DNA from: Stegostoma tigrinum
Taxonomy: Eukaryota
Direction of reading: 5' to 3'
DNA: 64,000 nucleotides
NCBI RefSeq assembly: GCF_030684315.1
Contig: NC_081397.1
Span: 14,966,421-15,030,420, forward strand
The notes beneath the pieces were generated by a model. It did no database searches and was not told the DNA's origin. It worked only from the letters and a program-made list of their open reading frames with translations. Position numbers and translations under genes: made by a program. Positions within the stretch are counted from its first letter, which is position 1; each line of letters opens with the position of its first letter. This document shows, piece by piece, positions 1-13,984 of the stretch.

Positions 1-84
1 GAGGATCGATCAGGCTCGAAAGGCCATTTCCTGCTGTGTCGAGATTCCACGAAAGTTCATCCCTGTCAATGTATCAATGGGGCA

Positions 85-1170
85 CCAATGGAGAATGAGT
101 TGCTGTTCCTGAAACCTATGGGTGACATAGGAGGCCCAGGTTTGTCATGTCGTCTGAGGAATGGGAGTGGGAGTTAAAATAGTTCATGAGTGGGAGGTGA
201 ACTCTGACACTTCCACCATCTACAATCCGACCCCACCACAAGACATTTTTTCCATCCCCACTCTGATCTACCTTTCGGAGAGACCACTCTGTCTGCGACT
301 CCCTTGTCCACTCCACACTCCCCTCCACCCCCACCACACCTGGCACTTTCACCTGCCACTGCAGGAAGTGCTCCACTTGCCCCCCACCCCACCTCCCTCA
401 ACTACATCCCAGGCCCCAAGATGATCCACATCTAGCAGATGTTCACCTGCACATCTGCCAATGTGTTATTCTGTATCCACCGTACCCGTTGTGGCTCCCT
501 CTACATTGGGGAAACCAAGTGGAGGCTTAGGGACAGCTTTGCAGAACACCTACACTCGGTTTGCTATAAACAACTGCACCTCCCAGTCGTGAACCATTTT
601 AACTCACCCTCCCACTTCTTAGGCAAATGTCCCTCCTGGGCCTCCTGCAGTGCAATAATGATGCCACTCGAAGGTTGCAGGAACAGCAACTCATGTTCCA
701 CTTGGGAACCCTGCAGCCGAGTGCTATCGATTTCACCAGCTTCAAAATCTCCCCTCTCCCCAATGCATCCCAAAACCAGCCCAGCTCGCCCCCACCCTGT
801 CTCCCTAACCCTTTCTTCCTCTCACCTATCCCCTCCTCCCACCTCAAGCCACATCTCCATTTCTTACCTACTGACCTTATCTCCCCCCCTTGACCTGTCC
901 ATCCTCCCCAGGCTGATCTATCCCCTCCCTAACTCCTCACCTATACTCGCTACTCCACCTATCTTCTCCTTCATCCATCTTCAGTCTGCCTCCCACTCTC
1001 TCCCTATTTATTTCAGAATTGCCTCCCCAGCCCCCATTTTCTGATGAAGGGGCTAGGCCCAAAACATCAGCTTTTGTGCTCCTAAGATGCTGCTTGGCCT
1101 GCTGTGTTCATCCAGCCCCACACTTTGTTATCTCAGATTCTCCAGCATCTGCAGTTCCCATTTTCTCTGA
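85..1170 (+). mobile_element. Penelope-like element (PLE), 3' fragment with GIY-YIG endonuclease remnant and a short inverted copy at its 5' side
   Basis: ORF 439-1044 begins FTCTSANVLFCIHRTRCGSLYIGETKWRLRDSFAEH (GIY-YIG, LYIGET motif). Bases 85-190 are the reverse complement of ~578-700. The terminus carries CTGATGAAGGGGCTAGGCCCAAAAC (hammerhead-like). Confidence 0.8.
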
Positions 1171-2149
1171 CTTAAATAGATGGTAATTGCTTTGTTTGCC
1201 AGGGGTGAAGCACATGGTCCATACCCCACTAAGGCTTGTCACCCTGGAAATGGAGTCAAAAAAAGCAACTTGAGCAAATGGAAGTGGCTGAACAATGAGT
1301 GACTGGAGTTTATTATGTTCTCTCTCCCTTTTAGGTGTGACTCCACACTCCCATCACTGATATTGACTTATATATAATGGCTCTCTGGCAATTACAGGTG
1401 GTTTAGCCGAGCCAGTGATGCTAATAATCTGATGAACAAATTCAAACCGCTTTAACCTCTGTATTTATAATAAATGTAACATGCATGCAGGCTTCAGGGC
1501 TTTGATGATTAGGGTTGAATATGTTTCTAGTGCTGACACCTGCTCACAAGCTACTGGAGGCATGAGGGGTTGACAGTAAATATGCCAGTTTCCCACATTT
1601 TGAACAAGTGGGTGAAGGTAAATTCAGCAATGTGTCTTGTTTTTAAGGACGTGCTCTTTTCATATAATTGAGGCAGAGACAGATGTTCAACGTGAAATGA
1701 TTGCCTTTTAAAACTGCTTGGAAAGAATGTGTGAATTGACAATATCTTGGCCACACACCTTCTCTTCACAAAAAGAAAAATCAGTTGTGAAACTGGAACC
1801 TGATCAGAAGTTGCCATTTTTGTTTTTGTTTCATGATATTTGAACACATACAATTTAGCTGCATTAACCACCACTGAACTGAAACCTCCAACTGGCCCAT
1901 TATCACATTATCACATCTTGTACAAAACTTCTTTCAGGGGGCACTGGGGTGGCTTTTTCAGCCTTTTGAAAATAAGGTTGTATCTTGTTTAACTTCTGTT
2001 TCAACATTTGTTGCTGATGGTATCCTTCGGAAAATTTGGCCAGTATATTGAGAACAGTAGTTGGGAGGACAAGTTGCAGCTTTACAGGGCATGAATTAGA
2101 ACACTTGGAATAATGCATTCAATTCTGGTCTCTCTGCTACAGGAATTTA

Positions 2150-3900
2150 GTTAGATTTATTGTGACATGTTCCTAAATAGTGAATGGTTTTGTTGGCGAG
2201 CAGTATAGCCAGATCATAATCAGTAAGCACATTCAGGTCATAATGTGAAAAATGGAAATGATAAGGCATACACGTTACACTCCACAGGATGTATGCAGGC
2301 AAGATCAACACTTTTGAAATTTAAGATTCCATTCGTCAGTCTAACAATGACAGGGAAGAATCTGTTCTTGAACCTGCTGGTGTGGGTGTTCGAGCTTCTG
2401 TATCTTCTGCCTGATGCAAGAGGTTGTAGGAGGCCACCACTGGGGTTGGATGGATTTTGATGTCTCAGGCTTTGCACAGCAACGAGAGCCCATGGTTGGG
2501 AAGTTGGGTGCCGTGACGGTGTGGGGTGTGAACACAACCTTCCATAGTTGCTCGTGGAACAGGACAGAGCAGGTTCCATATCAGGCCTTGATGAACCCAG
2601 ACAGTATGCTTTCTATGGTGCATGAGTAACATGCCAAATACATGAGCAGCCTCAGGAAGACAAGGCCTTTGTGCCTTCATTACCATTGCATCTATGTGGG
2701 AAGTCCCATGAAGGTTGTTGGTTATTGTAACTCTTGGGAAATTGACACTCTCAGCACCCTGCTCTGTTGATGGACCTGAGGGTGTGTTCTGCTCTTTTCC
2801 TTCTGAAGCCAATTATAAGTTCTTTTGTTTTGTGAACATTTCAGTTTTCTTTTTATAATTGCACCACGTCACCAAACCCTCCATCTCCTTCCTGTCATCT
2901 GAATAATCATTATTTATTATCCATCCCATCATCGTGTTGTCAACAGCAAACTTATAGGTGGCATTCATTCAGAATTTGACAACAATAGTGAGTATACAAG
3001 GAGTACAGTAGGGAACTGAGAATGCTTTCTTGAGGGTTGCAGTGTTTGAATGTCCTTGCAGAGGAGATTCAGTTGCCTATCTTCTCGATTTGTGGTCTGT
3101 GTTTCAGGAAGCTGAGGAGTCAGTTGCACAGGGTGGAGCCAAGCCTGAGGTGTGAGTTTTGAGATCCGTCTTGCAGGGATAATGGTGTTGAAGACTGAGC
3201 TGTAATTGATGAGCAGAAGCCTGATTGTAGGTGGCCTTGTTGCCCAGATGTTCCAGGGATGATTGCAGGGCTGGGAAAAGGGCATCTTGCTGTGGGCCTG
3301 TTGCATTAGTGGGAAAATTGCAAGGGATTGAGGCAGGCTGAAAGTCGAGAGTTCAAGTGGGCCATGACCAGCATCTCTGAGCACTTCATGATTTTGGATG
3401 CCAGAGCCACTGGGCAGTACAGATGAAGTCATACTGCATGTGGTTTTTCGGACTGGGATAATGGTCGTCTTCTCAAGCAGGTGCAGAGTACAGCTTGTCA
3501 GAGGGAGACATCAAAGATGTCAGAGTACCTCCCCACAGTAATTACATGCACAGTTGGTGCTTCAGTCCAGGTCTGTTACTTTCCTTGGGTGTTCTCACCA
3601 GGAAGACGGATCTGACAACTGCAGTGACCGATAGAACAGGTGCATTGAGGCCTGGCGGGGCAGTGGACACCACGCTGCTGGCATTCTGTGTAAACCAAGC
3701 ATAGACAGCATCAGGGTGGGAACTGTCTTTGTCCACTATCTTGCTTTGCTCAGTTTGGTTGGTTGGAGCCACTAAACTGTTCCAGTCCTGCCTCTTGGTA
3801 TCTTTGATGGATTTGCTGAAGCCTTCTCCGCTGAATTTTCTGAAACAGCCCTGGTCGTCCACTTTTGATGCTGCACTCCTGGTCTGCTGTAGGGAATGGA
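2150..3900 (-). mobile_element. Degenerate Rex1/Babar-type non-LTR retrotransposon (RT and 3' end)
   Basis: Minus-strand fragments RLLLINYSSVFNTIIP (RT) and SGRRYRSSNTHTSRFKNRFFPVIVRL (Rex1-type C-terminus), with many frameshifts. Confidence 0.75.
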
Positions 3901-4089
3901 TTAGACAGTTCATCCAAGGTTTCAAGATGATGAACAGCCAGATTGACGAGAAGCTTTTTTTTTACTTTAAGCTTAAACATTCATAAAAGATTTGTAAGGG
4001 GCTCAGCTTCAGGGAGAAGCTGTACAGGCCAGGGCTACTTCTCCCAGGATAAAAGGTAGGCTGGTGGGTGGCCTTAGTGTCTTTGAGAA

Positions 4090-4290
4090 TTTCCTCTAGG
4101 TGCTGAGGTTTCCTCCATAGTCCAAAGATGTGCACTTTATGTGGCATGGCTATGCTATGGGCCCAGTGTGTCCAGAGAAAGACAGAGTGACAGGGATATG
4201 GAAGGGCACTTTGGGAGAGATGCTCTTCAGAGTGTCAGTCGGGACTCAATGGGCCGAATGGCCTGCTTCCATACTGTGAGGACTCGATAA
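4090..4290 (+). mobile_element. HE1/V-SINE fragment
   Basis: GGTTTCCTCCATAGTCCAAAGATGTGC V-domain-like core and a CR1-type tail GGGCCGAATGGCCTGCTTCC. Confidence 0.6.
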
Positions 4291-4754
4291 TACCAAAGGC
4301 AGGAAAATGAGCTGCACCTGAGATTAATGCGCAGAGGGTCAGTGGCCGTTCATTATCAAAAGCAAATGACCCTGCAACGTGGTGCCCCGGGTCACTTTCG
4401 CTTTCTCGAATGCGATTAAGGGAGATGTGAAATTGGCAGTGAACAACAAGCAGTGGGACTGGAAAACGTATTTGCAAAACGATTATTCTGTTTTCCAATT
4501 ATGTTATACATTGTAATTTTATAATAAGCTCATCATAACTTCTTCCTGCTCATCGGCTGCCAGCTCTGAATGGAAATATTACCGAAATCAGGAGGAGCAG
4601 GATGGATTTCATTTTCTATCGAACCGTGACAACTACAGGATCAATGAATGATGTGACTGAAATTTGACGTTGCGAAGTCCCAGGCTCTGTATATTTAAAA
4701 TTAAATCAATCGAACAGAAACGAGGTCTGAGACTCTTTCACTGATGTTGTGGGT

Positions 4755-4770
4755 GGCTCTGAAAAGAGCC
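4755..4770 (-). promoter_or_regulatory. Histone 3' stem-loop (H2A copy 1)
   Basis: Minus strand CCAAA-GGCTCTTTTCAGAGCC-ACCCA followed by purine-rich GAAAGAG (HDE-like). Confidence 0.96.
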
Positions 4771-4800
4771 TTTGGATTATCAGGTTACAAAACGGTCTCT

Positions 4801-5460
<660 letters not shown>

Positions 5461-5989
5461 GGACGTTTAACAGAATAGAATGCGTGATGAAATTTACTTC
5501 AAGATTATGAATGTATATTTGACTTCATCCCACTTTCCCGCATTCCCGAACCGTGTGGAATGTCCATTTCTGACCTTGAATCGGATTTTCAAAACCTTAA
5601 ATGCAAGCGGTAAAAAGGGGCCGAAATCTGCACCTGCATATTCATTTCACATTTCAAAAACACCTCGATATGTTAGTAAACCAATCGATAACTGTTTTTT
5701 TCCTGAAAAAGAGCATTAATCGTGCGCACCATCTTTAGACACTATTTTAAATTGCCTGTTCCGTCAAGACCCTTACTTTTTGTTTCCTCGAAAGGTTTGA
5801 CGTCCTTCTTCAAATCTCCAACGGGTCTCGGCCCAAACTATTCATACATTCCTCAGACACCTGCCAGCGTGTCTCGGTATCAGTTTTACTCGGATTACCT
5901 CGGTCACAGACGAGCACTGATGTACTGTGACCAGTGCTTTTTGCTTTCTATTGATTTGACAATTTTACTCTCTCTCCCCCACTTAGGCT

Positions 5990-6990
5990 CTTCAATCAGT
6001 GTCACTATCAGTTTCTGCTGCAAGATATGAGTTATCCATCTAGCCTGTCAATATGTCTGTTTAGTTATCCATTTATATTTCTCATTTTCTGCTCAGTGAG
6101 TGTGTGTGAGAGACTGTGTATGTGTGTAGTTACCAATACATTGGTGTCAGATACTGCACTGTTGATATGCATGTAGTTATCAAAGTGTACCTGTCAGTTC
6201 AAGCTGTATGACATTGGGAGGGTTATTACCAAGTTGTTCCTGTCAGTTTCTGCTTCATGGACACGTGAAGTTCATAATCAGTACGTACCTGTGAGAATCT
6301 GCTTCTGAAATCTGGAGTGTCGTTACATTGAACATTACAGCACAGTACAGGCCCGTCGGCCCTCAATAGTATGCCAACCTGTCATACCGATCTGACGTCC
6401 ATCTAACCTACGCTATTCCATGTACGTCCACATGCTAATCCAATTACGACTTAAATGTACCTAAAGTTGGTGAATCTACTACCATTATCACACTGCACCG
6501 CAAAAAAACTGTTAAGTCTGTGGATATTTAAATGCATTTATAAAATTGGACCTGTGAAGTTATGCTGTGAAACTGGAGTGTTATCAACAATCCGTTCTTC
6601 TCTGTTGCTATGATGTGGATATGTAAGCATAGTTATCATTTGGGTACGTGTAGTTTGGTGTGTGAGCATAAATATTAATTTGTACATATCAGTTTTCAAA
6701 TGTGAATTTGAGAATGGTTTTTAGCAAACTTTTTTTCCCCCATATATGAGAGAGTGTCAACCTGTTTTTTGCCTGTTTCTACAGGGTGAATGATTCAGCA
6801 GAGATATCAACACATGCTTGTCAGTTTCTATTTGTCAACACGGCTGAACTTTGGCAGCCAGTAATATTCTGTTATGATGCAATTTGTTATGTGGTAGCTG
6901 TTATCAGACTGATTTAATGGAGATTAGATTCAGTTTCTGAGTGTATATTTTGGACGAGTATTCAGTCTGTCCATCTTCAAAAATGGTGTA
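5990..6990 (-). repeat. Degenerate 47-49-bp tandem repeat array
   Basis: Recurring GTTATCAA...CTGTCAGTTTCTGC on the + strand, interrupted by a CR1 3' fragment at ~6325-6490. Confidence 0.7.
6325..6490 (-). mobile_element. CR1/HER1 LINE 3' fragment
   Basis: Reverse complement of the CR1 3' end at ~12230-12380. Confidence 0.75.
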
Positions 6991-7019
6991 AATGTCAATG
7001 GGATGTGAATGCAGAAATG

Positions 7020-7880
7020 TGACTTTGTTGACTTGGTCACTGAGCTGGCTTGTTTTTGTTCAGACGTTTTGCCACCATGCTGGGTGACATCATCAGTGGA
7101 GCCTCTGATGATGCAATGTTATTCTCCTCTGCTTGGAATTTGCACTGTCAGGTCTGTTATGCTGAGTACTGTCATTTCAATTTTGATCTATATGGGTTTA
7201 TACATGGGGTCCAATTCTATGTTTGTGTGGAGAACAATGTCTCTAGGAATTCCTGTACATGTCTATGTTTGGCTTAGGCTGCTATGGTTAATTTATACAA
7301 CAAAAATAAAAGGTGCTGGAAAAAGCTCAGGACAGGCAGCATCGGTGAAGGGAAAAACAGAGTTAGCCTTGCGCGTCCAGTAACCTTTCCTCAGAACCAG
7401 TTACTGCTGAGCTGCAGAGCTTTTCGAGCAAGTTTGTTTTTTGTTCCTGATTTACAGCATCCACAGTTCTTTGTTTTTAAATACGGTTACTTTGTCCCAT
7501 TTTAACTGATGGCCTTGGTTGTCTCAATGTATCATATTCAGACAATAAAGGCCATCAGGTTAACATGGGACAAAGTAACCATGGTAGCCCAAGCCAAACA
7601 CAGACACACAGGAATTCCGATTGGTATGGTTTTCCATGCATACTTCAATCAACAAGATTATAGAATCGGACCCCATATATGAAAACTCAGACAGATCAAA
7701 ACCAGAAATGACAGTAGTCACCATAATGGACCATACAGTATAAATTCCACTGGGAGTGGAATAACATTGACTCATTGGAGGCTCCACTGATGATACCACC
7801 GAGCATGGTGATGAACTGTATGAAGAAAAGCAAGCCAGCTCAACTATCCACTATCCGAGCTGCAGATCTCGCAAAACACA
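7020..7880. mobile_element. Two PLE 3' ends in inverted orientation, with a nested short palindromic element (~7298-7480)
   Basis: 7020-7290 is the approximate reverse complement of 7580-7870. Both arms carry CTGATGA-stem-(G/A)AA hammerhead-like cores and resemble 58470-58830. Confidence 0.65.
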
Positions 7881-8061
7881 ATGCTGAAATTTGTTCGAAC
7901 TGGGCAGGTGTGCATTGTGAATGGTGGAAAAAAAACAAAACTTCTATTTCCTCTGTGTTGTTGGAACAACTCTCACTGGAAATTGACCTCAATATGTGTC
8001 TGACTCAATCTGCTCTGTGACTGTGGAAAGGATGCTCTCTGCTCTGACAGCGGTAACATAT

Positions 8062-8143
8062 CTTCCATTTGTTAGAAGCAGCTGGTCACACTTGGCTTTG
8101 TACCGAGGGAATATTACTTTCTCTTCGTCCCTCACGTATTTGC
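8062..8143 (-). other. Repeated 82-nt exon-like module, copy A (donor GT changed to AT)
   Basis: Minus strand TTTTCTTCTGTCTTCCTCCAG|GCAAATAC...AATGGAAG|ATATGT. The phase-1 frame reads KYVRDEEKVIFPRYKAKCDQLLLTNG. Confidence 0.6.
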
Positions 8144-8589
8144 CTGGAGGAAGACAGAAGAAAACCCTCCTGTAAATCAACATCAGCCAAGTTCAATGAT
8201 ATTTCATTGATCAATGCAATGTTCAGTTAATAATCATTAGGATATTTAATTTCAAGCCAGGAATCTGAACAGAATTAGGTGTTTGATTCCACTCTTGCTC
8301 TGAGCTGCTTCTTTGTCTTGTGATTTTTCTTTTTGTTAATTCCATACCAATTGAGTGAAGTCCAGGAACAAACTAAGTGTCCAGATCCATGAATGGGAGT
8401 ACACAAAGTGAGTGGGTCTGTGGATATGAGTTTATTTGTTGATCTATTCATGTCTGACACATTGGTGAGCCTTTGTTAAATTACTTATGTATTCACACAG
8501 CAGAGACTGACGGGGACCTGTGAGATTCTGCCCTGTGTTTATTTGAGAAGTTATCAAATTGGACTTGACTGTGATTATTTTTTTCCCCC

Positions 8590-10945
8590 CGCTTTGTGAA
8601 TATGAGAATGCCGTTGTAAGTCTTTACCTGATTGTTGGTGATGTGGGAATGTTCGTGTCAGTGTCTGCAAGGTGAGTATACTTATCCATCTGTGCCAGTT
8701 GTTTTCTGCTATCTGAATGGAAGAGAGCAGGCTTCAGACTTCGCTTCTCAGTTTCTGCTATGTCAACACGCGAGCTTGGTTTTTCATCTTTACCTGTCAG
8801 TTCCGAGCTTTGCATGTGGGGGTGCAGTTGTTAGCGTAACCTTGAATGTTTCTGCTTGTAAAAATGCAACCATATTCATTCAATCGTAACAGTCATTTTC
8901 AGACATGTGAATATGAAAATGTAGTTATCCGTCTGTGATTGTCAGTTTCTGTTCTGTAATTATGAGAGTGTGCTTTTCAGTGCGTACCAACCAATTTCTG
9001 TTGTATGAATGAGATTGTCATTATCAATCTGAACCTTGTCAGTGTCTCCCCAGTGAATATTCTTGTGTAATTATCAGGATTATACCTCTAGGTTTCTGCT
9101 GTGAATTATTAATTAATTAATTAGTTATTACCTTCTGTCCATCAGTTTCCGGTTTCTAATGTGCGAGTGCATCTATCAATTTGTATGTGCCAAATTTTGC
9201 AATGTGTATTTGTGCATACAGTTATCAATCCGCTCCTGTCAGCATCCTCTGTTTATGAGGGTGCGGTCACCAATCTATTCTGTCACTTTTAGCTCAGTGA
9301 ATTTGAGAGTGTAGTTACCAATCCATAACTGTCAGGTTCAACTCTGTGAATGTGAGCAGAAAAGGTAATAGTCTAATAGCATTGTTGTTGGACTATTATT
9401 CCAGACAGCCAGATATGATTCTGCGACCGCAGTTCAAGTCCCATCATAGCAGATTATTGTTGAATTAAAATTCAACAATAAACTAAGAGAAAAGTTGAGT
9501 GACAATTCTCCACAAAAATAAATCAGGTCCTCTCACATCCTTTTGGGAACCAAGTCTCCCATCCTTCCCTGGTCTAGCCTACATGTGATCACAGACGCAC
9601 AGCAATGTGGTTGGCACTGAACTGCCTTCTGTGCATAATTAAGGATAGTCTGTGACACACACATCCCATCAATAAATTTTCAAAAAAAAATGTTGGAATG
9701 CAGTTATCAATCTGTCTCTTCCACTGTTTTGTTGATGTGTTGAAAGTTATCATCCTGTATCTGTCAATTTCTGCAATGCCGTATATAATGGCAGTTACCA
9801 ATTTTTCTTGCTTTACAATGTCACCATGAGAGAACTGATCTGTCAGTTTCTGCTAAGAGTGTATTTATCAAATTGTTCCTGTCAGTTTTTGCTTTGTCAA
9901 TCTGAGTGCAGTTATTAATCAATACCTGTCAGTTTCTGCAAGGTGAAAGTAAGAGTTCTGTTATGAACATACACCGTCAGATTCTGCTCTCAAAGTATCG
10001 AGAGCAGTTATCGTGCTGACACCATCAACTTCTGCTCTGTAAATCTGAGCGCGGTTATTCATCTGCAGTTGTCAGTTTCAAGTTTGTGAATGTGAGTAAT
10101 GAGCATTCTCTCCCCATGTTTCTTTTAAGTGAACATGAGTTTAGTTATCATTCTGTCCTTGTGGAGGCTCGGGAACTTGGGGAAATAAATATGGATGTCT
10201 TGAAAACAGTCCACATGACATAACAGGTGGTGTCAGAGGCAGGAAAAAAAACCCAAAAAGGTGGCCGAATCACCAGGACCCAGTCAGGTTTTTGTAGATT
10301 TTCAGGATATCGGGATTTTGGGGGAAGCTATATTGATCATTTGAACAAATGACATTGTTCTCTTGCTTTCTTATAATATTTTGCAGGAAGGATTATCCCA
10401 TCCCTGTCACATATTACAATACAAATGTGTGGCTATGGTTATCAAATCTGTACACTCAGTTTTTGCCATGTGAATGAGAGGGTGCAGTTATAAATCTCAG
10501 TTTCTGCAATGATAATGGAAGTGCAATTATCAGTCTCTGTCAGTTTCTGCTGTATCCATAGATGGGTTTAGTTATTATCAGTACATGTCAGTTTCCGTCA
10601 CATCAATGTGTGAGTGTTATCAACCTGCCCCTGACAGTTACTGTAATGCAGGTGGGTGACTGTAGTTATTAAGCTGTAGCTCTCTGTTACTGCCATGTGA
10701 ATGAGTGTAGTTGTGCACCTACACATCAGTTGCTGGTGGTCAATGCATGAGTGTAGTTGTCACGTCTATACCTGTTTTGTATTTGCTTGTCAATCTGAGT
10801 TTAGTAATCGATCAGTTATTGTCAGATTCTGCTGTGAAAATCTGATAGTTATCAAACTGTACCTGTCAGTTTAAACAAATATGAAACTGGGAGTTTTATT
10901 ATTAATCTGTTTCTGTCAGTTTTTGCTGTGTAGATATGATAGATT
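8590..10945 (-). repeat. Degenerate 47-49-bp tandem repeat array
   Basis: Dozens of GTTATCAATCTGTACCTGTCAGTTTCTGC variants, interrupted by a SINE (9365-9690) and a small LINE fragment (~10160-10290). Confidence 0.8.
9365..9690 (+). mobile_element. tRNA-derived SINE with LINE-derived 3' tail
   Basis: B-box-like GTTCAAGTCCC, body CCATCCTTCCCTGGTCTAGCCTACATGTG, and an A-rich end. Confidence 0.6.
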
Positions 10946-10959
10946 TGTGATCAAAAGTT

Positions 10960-12385
10960 CAGGAATAGTGCCAGATGACTGGAGGGTAGCAAATGTGGTT
11001 TCCCTGTTCAAGAAGGGGAGTAGAGACAACCCTGGTAATTATAGACCAGTGAGCCTTACCTCAGTTGTTGGTGAAGTGTTGGAAAAGGTTATAAGGGATC
11101 GGATTTATATTCTAGAAAAGAATAAAATTGATTAGGGATCGTCAGCATGGTTTTGTGAAGGGAAGGTAGTGCCTCACAAACCTTAGAGTTCTTTGAGAAG
11201 GTGACCAAACAGGTAGATGAGAGTAAACCGGTTGATGTGGTGTTTATCGATTTCAGCAAGGCGTTCGATAAGGTTCCCAACAAGAGACTGTTGTACAAAA
11301 TGCGGAGGAATGGAATTGTGGGAGATATAGCAGTTTGGATCGGAAATTGGCCTGCTGAAAGAAGACAGAGGGTGGTAGTTGATGGGAAATGTTCATCCTG
11401 GAGAGCAGTTACTAGTGGTGTACGCAAGGGTCGGTGTTGGGTCCACTGCTGTTTGTCATTTTTATAAATGACCTGGATGATGGCGTAGAAGAATGGGTTA
11501 GTACATTTGCAGACGACACCAAAGGTCGGTGGAGTTGTGGATAGTGACAAAGGATGCTGTAGGTTGCAGAGAGTCATCGATAAGCTGCAGAACTGGGCTG
11601 AGAGGTGGCAAATGGATTTTAATGCAGACAACTATGAGGTGATGCACTTTGGTAAGAGTAACCAGAAGGCAAAGTACAGGGCTAATGGTGAAATTCTTAG
11701 TAGTGTAGATGAGCAGAGAGATCTTGGTGTCCATGTACACAGATCCTTGAAAGTTGCCACCCAGGTTGACAGGGGTGTTACGGCAGCATACAGTGTTTTA
11801 GCTTTTATTAATCGAGTGATCGAGTTCCGGAACTAAGAGGTTATGGTGAAGCTGTACAAAACTCTGGTGCAGCTGCACTTGGAGTATTGTGTACAGTTCT
11901 GGTCACCGCATTATAAAAAGGATGTGGAAGCTTTGGAAATAGTGCAGAGGAGATTTACTAGGATGTTGCCTGATATGGAGGGAAGGTCTTGAGGAAAGAC
12001 TGAGGGACTTACATTATAGAGAAGGTGGAAAGGTGACTTAAATGAAACATATAAAATAATCAGAGGGTTAGATAGGGTGGATAGGGAGAGCCTTTTTCCT
12101 AGGATGGTGACGGTGAGCACGAGGGGGCATAGCTTTAAATTGAGGGGTGAAAGATATAGGACAGATGTCTGAGGTAATTTCTTGACTCAGAGAGTAGTAA
12201 GGGAATGGAACGCTTTGCCTGCAACGGTAGTAGATTCACCAACTTTGGGTACATTTAAGGCGTCATTGGATAAGTATATGGACGTACATGGAATAGTGTA
12301 GGTTGGATGGGCTTGAGATCGGTATGACAGGTCGGCACAACATCGAGGGCCAAAGGGCCTGTACTGTGCTGTAACATTCTATGTT
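10960..12385 (+). mobile_element. CR1/HER1-type LINE, 5'-truncated RT pseudogene
   Basis: VPDDWRVANVVSLFKKGSRDNPGNYRPVSLTSVVG, DFSKAFDKVP and FADD-like motifs. Ends in ATTCTATG, the CR1 3' repeat. Confidence 0.92.
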
Positions 12386-12885
12386 TTGTCAGTAACTATC
12401 ACGTGAATGTCCAAGTCCATTTACCGGTCAGTCCCTGTCAGTTTCAGCTCTGTGTGTCTGAGTGTGCAGTTATAAATCTGTAACTAGTAGTAGTCTCTGT
12501 TACGTGACTATTTCCGGACATTTATCAATCGTTCCCTATCAGCCAGTGAGTGTGCTGTGAATGTGCTTAGCAATTTGGATTTGCCAGTCCTGGTATTGAA
12601 ATATAAATAATTTCTCCTTGTCAGTTACTGCTCGGTGTGTTAATGAGTGGAGTTAGAAATCTGTACCTATAATGTTGAATGAATACATGAATAAGAGTAC
12701 AGATGTCAATCTTTCTCCGTCTGTTTCTGCTCTGTGAATATCGAAGTATAGTTATCAATCTGTACATGCCAGCTGCTGCTTTGTGAATCTCTGAGTTTAG
12801 TTATCAGCCCAAGCCTGTCAGTTTCTGCTTTAAGAACGTAGGAGTGCAGTTATCAGCCTGTACCTGTCAGTTATTGCTCCATGCA
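12386..12885 (-). repeat. Degenerate 47-49-bp tandem repeat array (continues after the CR1 insertion)
   Basis: For example GTTATCAGCCTGTACCTGTCAGTTATTGC at ~12850-12880. Confidence 0.75.
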
Positions 12886-13984
12886 TTTGTTTTGTGCAAT
12901 GGATTGTGTAATGTAAAAGCAAAAGGTTTTGTAACTCCAACAGAGCAGAGCAGAGTCTAACTGACAGAAATTGTATCAAGGGCTGTTCTTCAAGGTGACA
13001 TCAGCTTTTCTGAGTACACAGGAACAGAATTTTGTGAATAATGCTGAGGGAATAGATTGATGTGGCATTCCTTTCTTTGAGTCTAAAGGAAAAAGGCAAT
13101 CAACAAATCAACTGTATTCAGCTGAATGACCACGAGGTTCCTTCTACAGGGAAGGGTATCGGCTAATTCACTTAATTATACTACCATGGATATTACAGAA
13201 CCCTGCTCTGTTGTGCAATGGCACATGGCATCAGCAATACACTGACAATGCGCTGTCGTGGGGATGAAGAAAGAAAAAGGACTTGTATTTTCTGTCTTAC
13301 AGTGGAGAAGATTTAACCTTATTAAATATGGTCGAACTTGGTGAGAAAGTAAAATTTGACAATTACAAGATTTAGTTAAATGGATCATTCTTCGTTGCTT
13401 TAAATGATGATTACATCACTAACGTGAAGAAATAGCATTCTGTTTTCTTGCGTGTTTCTGGAATATTTCATTGGGAGGGACAAGTGACACTGTAGAAAAC
13501 TGTTTAACTTAGTTGCCAAATTCACTTCAATGCTTCACCCCACCCAAAAAAAAAGAAATTTTGCAAGACAGACGGAAAATATGGTTTCTATTCCTGAAGG
13601 TGAACACATTGAGAATCACGTTGTGATATGGTTGGGGTTGGCAAATCGTATACTGCCATGGCACACTTATTGAAATGGAATGCTGGCTGAATGGGATCAG
13701 AATTGTAAGGTGCTTGTTTTTGTCTATTTTTTTGTCCTGCAGACTCTCTTGCTTTTCTTAAAACAGAGCTGTAAACATTTTCTATGTATTTGCTTCTGTT
13801 ATCTGCAGTGTGGATGACAACAATGTATACCCAGTCTTTGTATGTTATGTGTTGATACAATGAGCATATTTGGGACTCAGTCAGCAGCTTTGTCTATGTG
13901 TCTGCATGTGCTCAGTAGTGATTTGCTCCTTGTCAGACGTGGTTGTTCAAACTATGTAACATGATGTCTTCCTTTGAGGGGGTA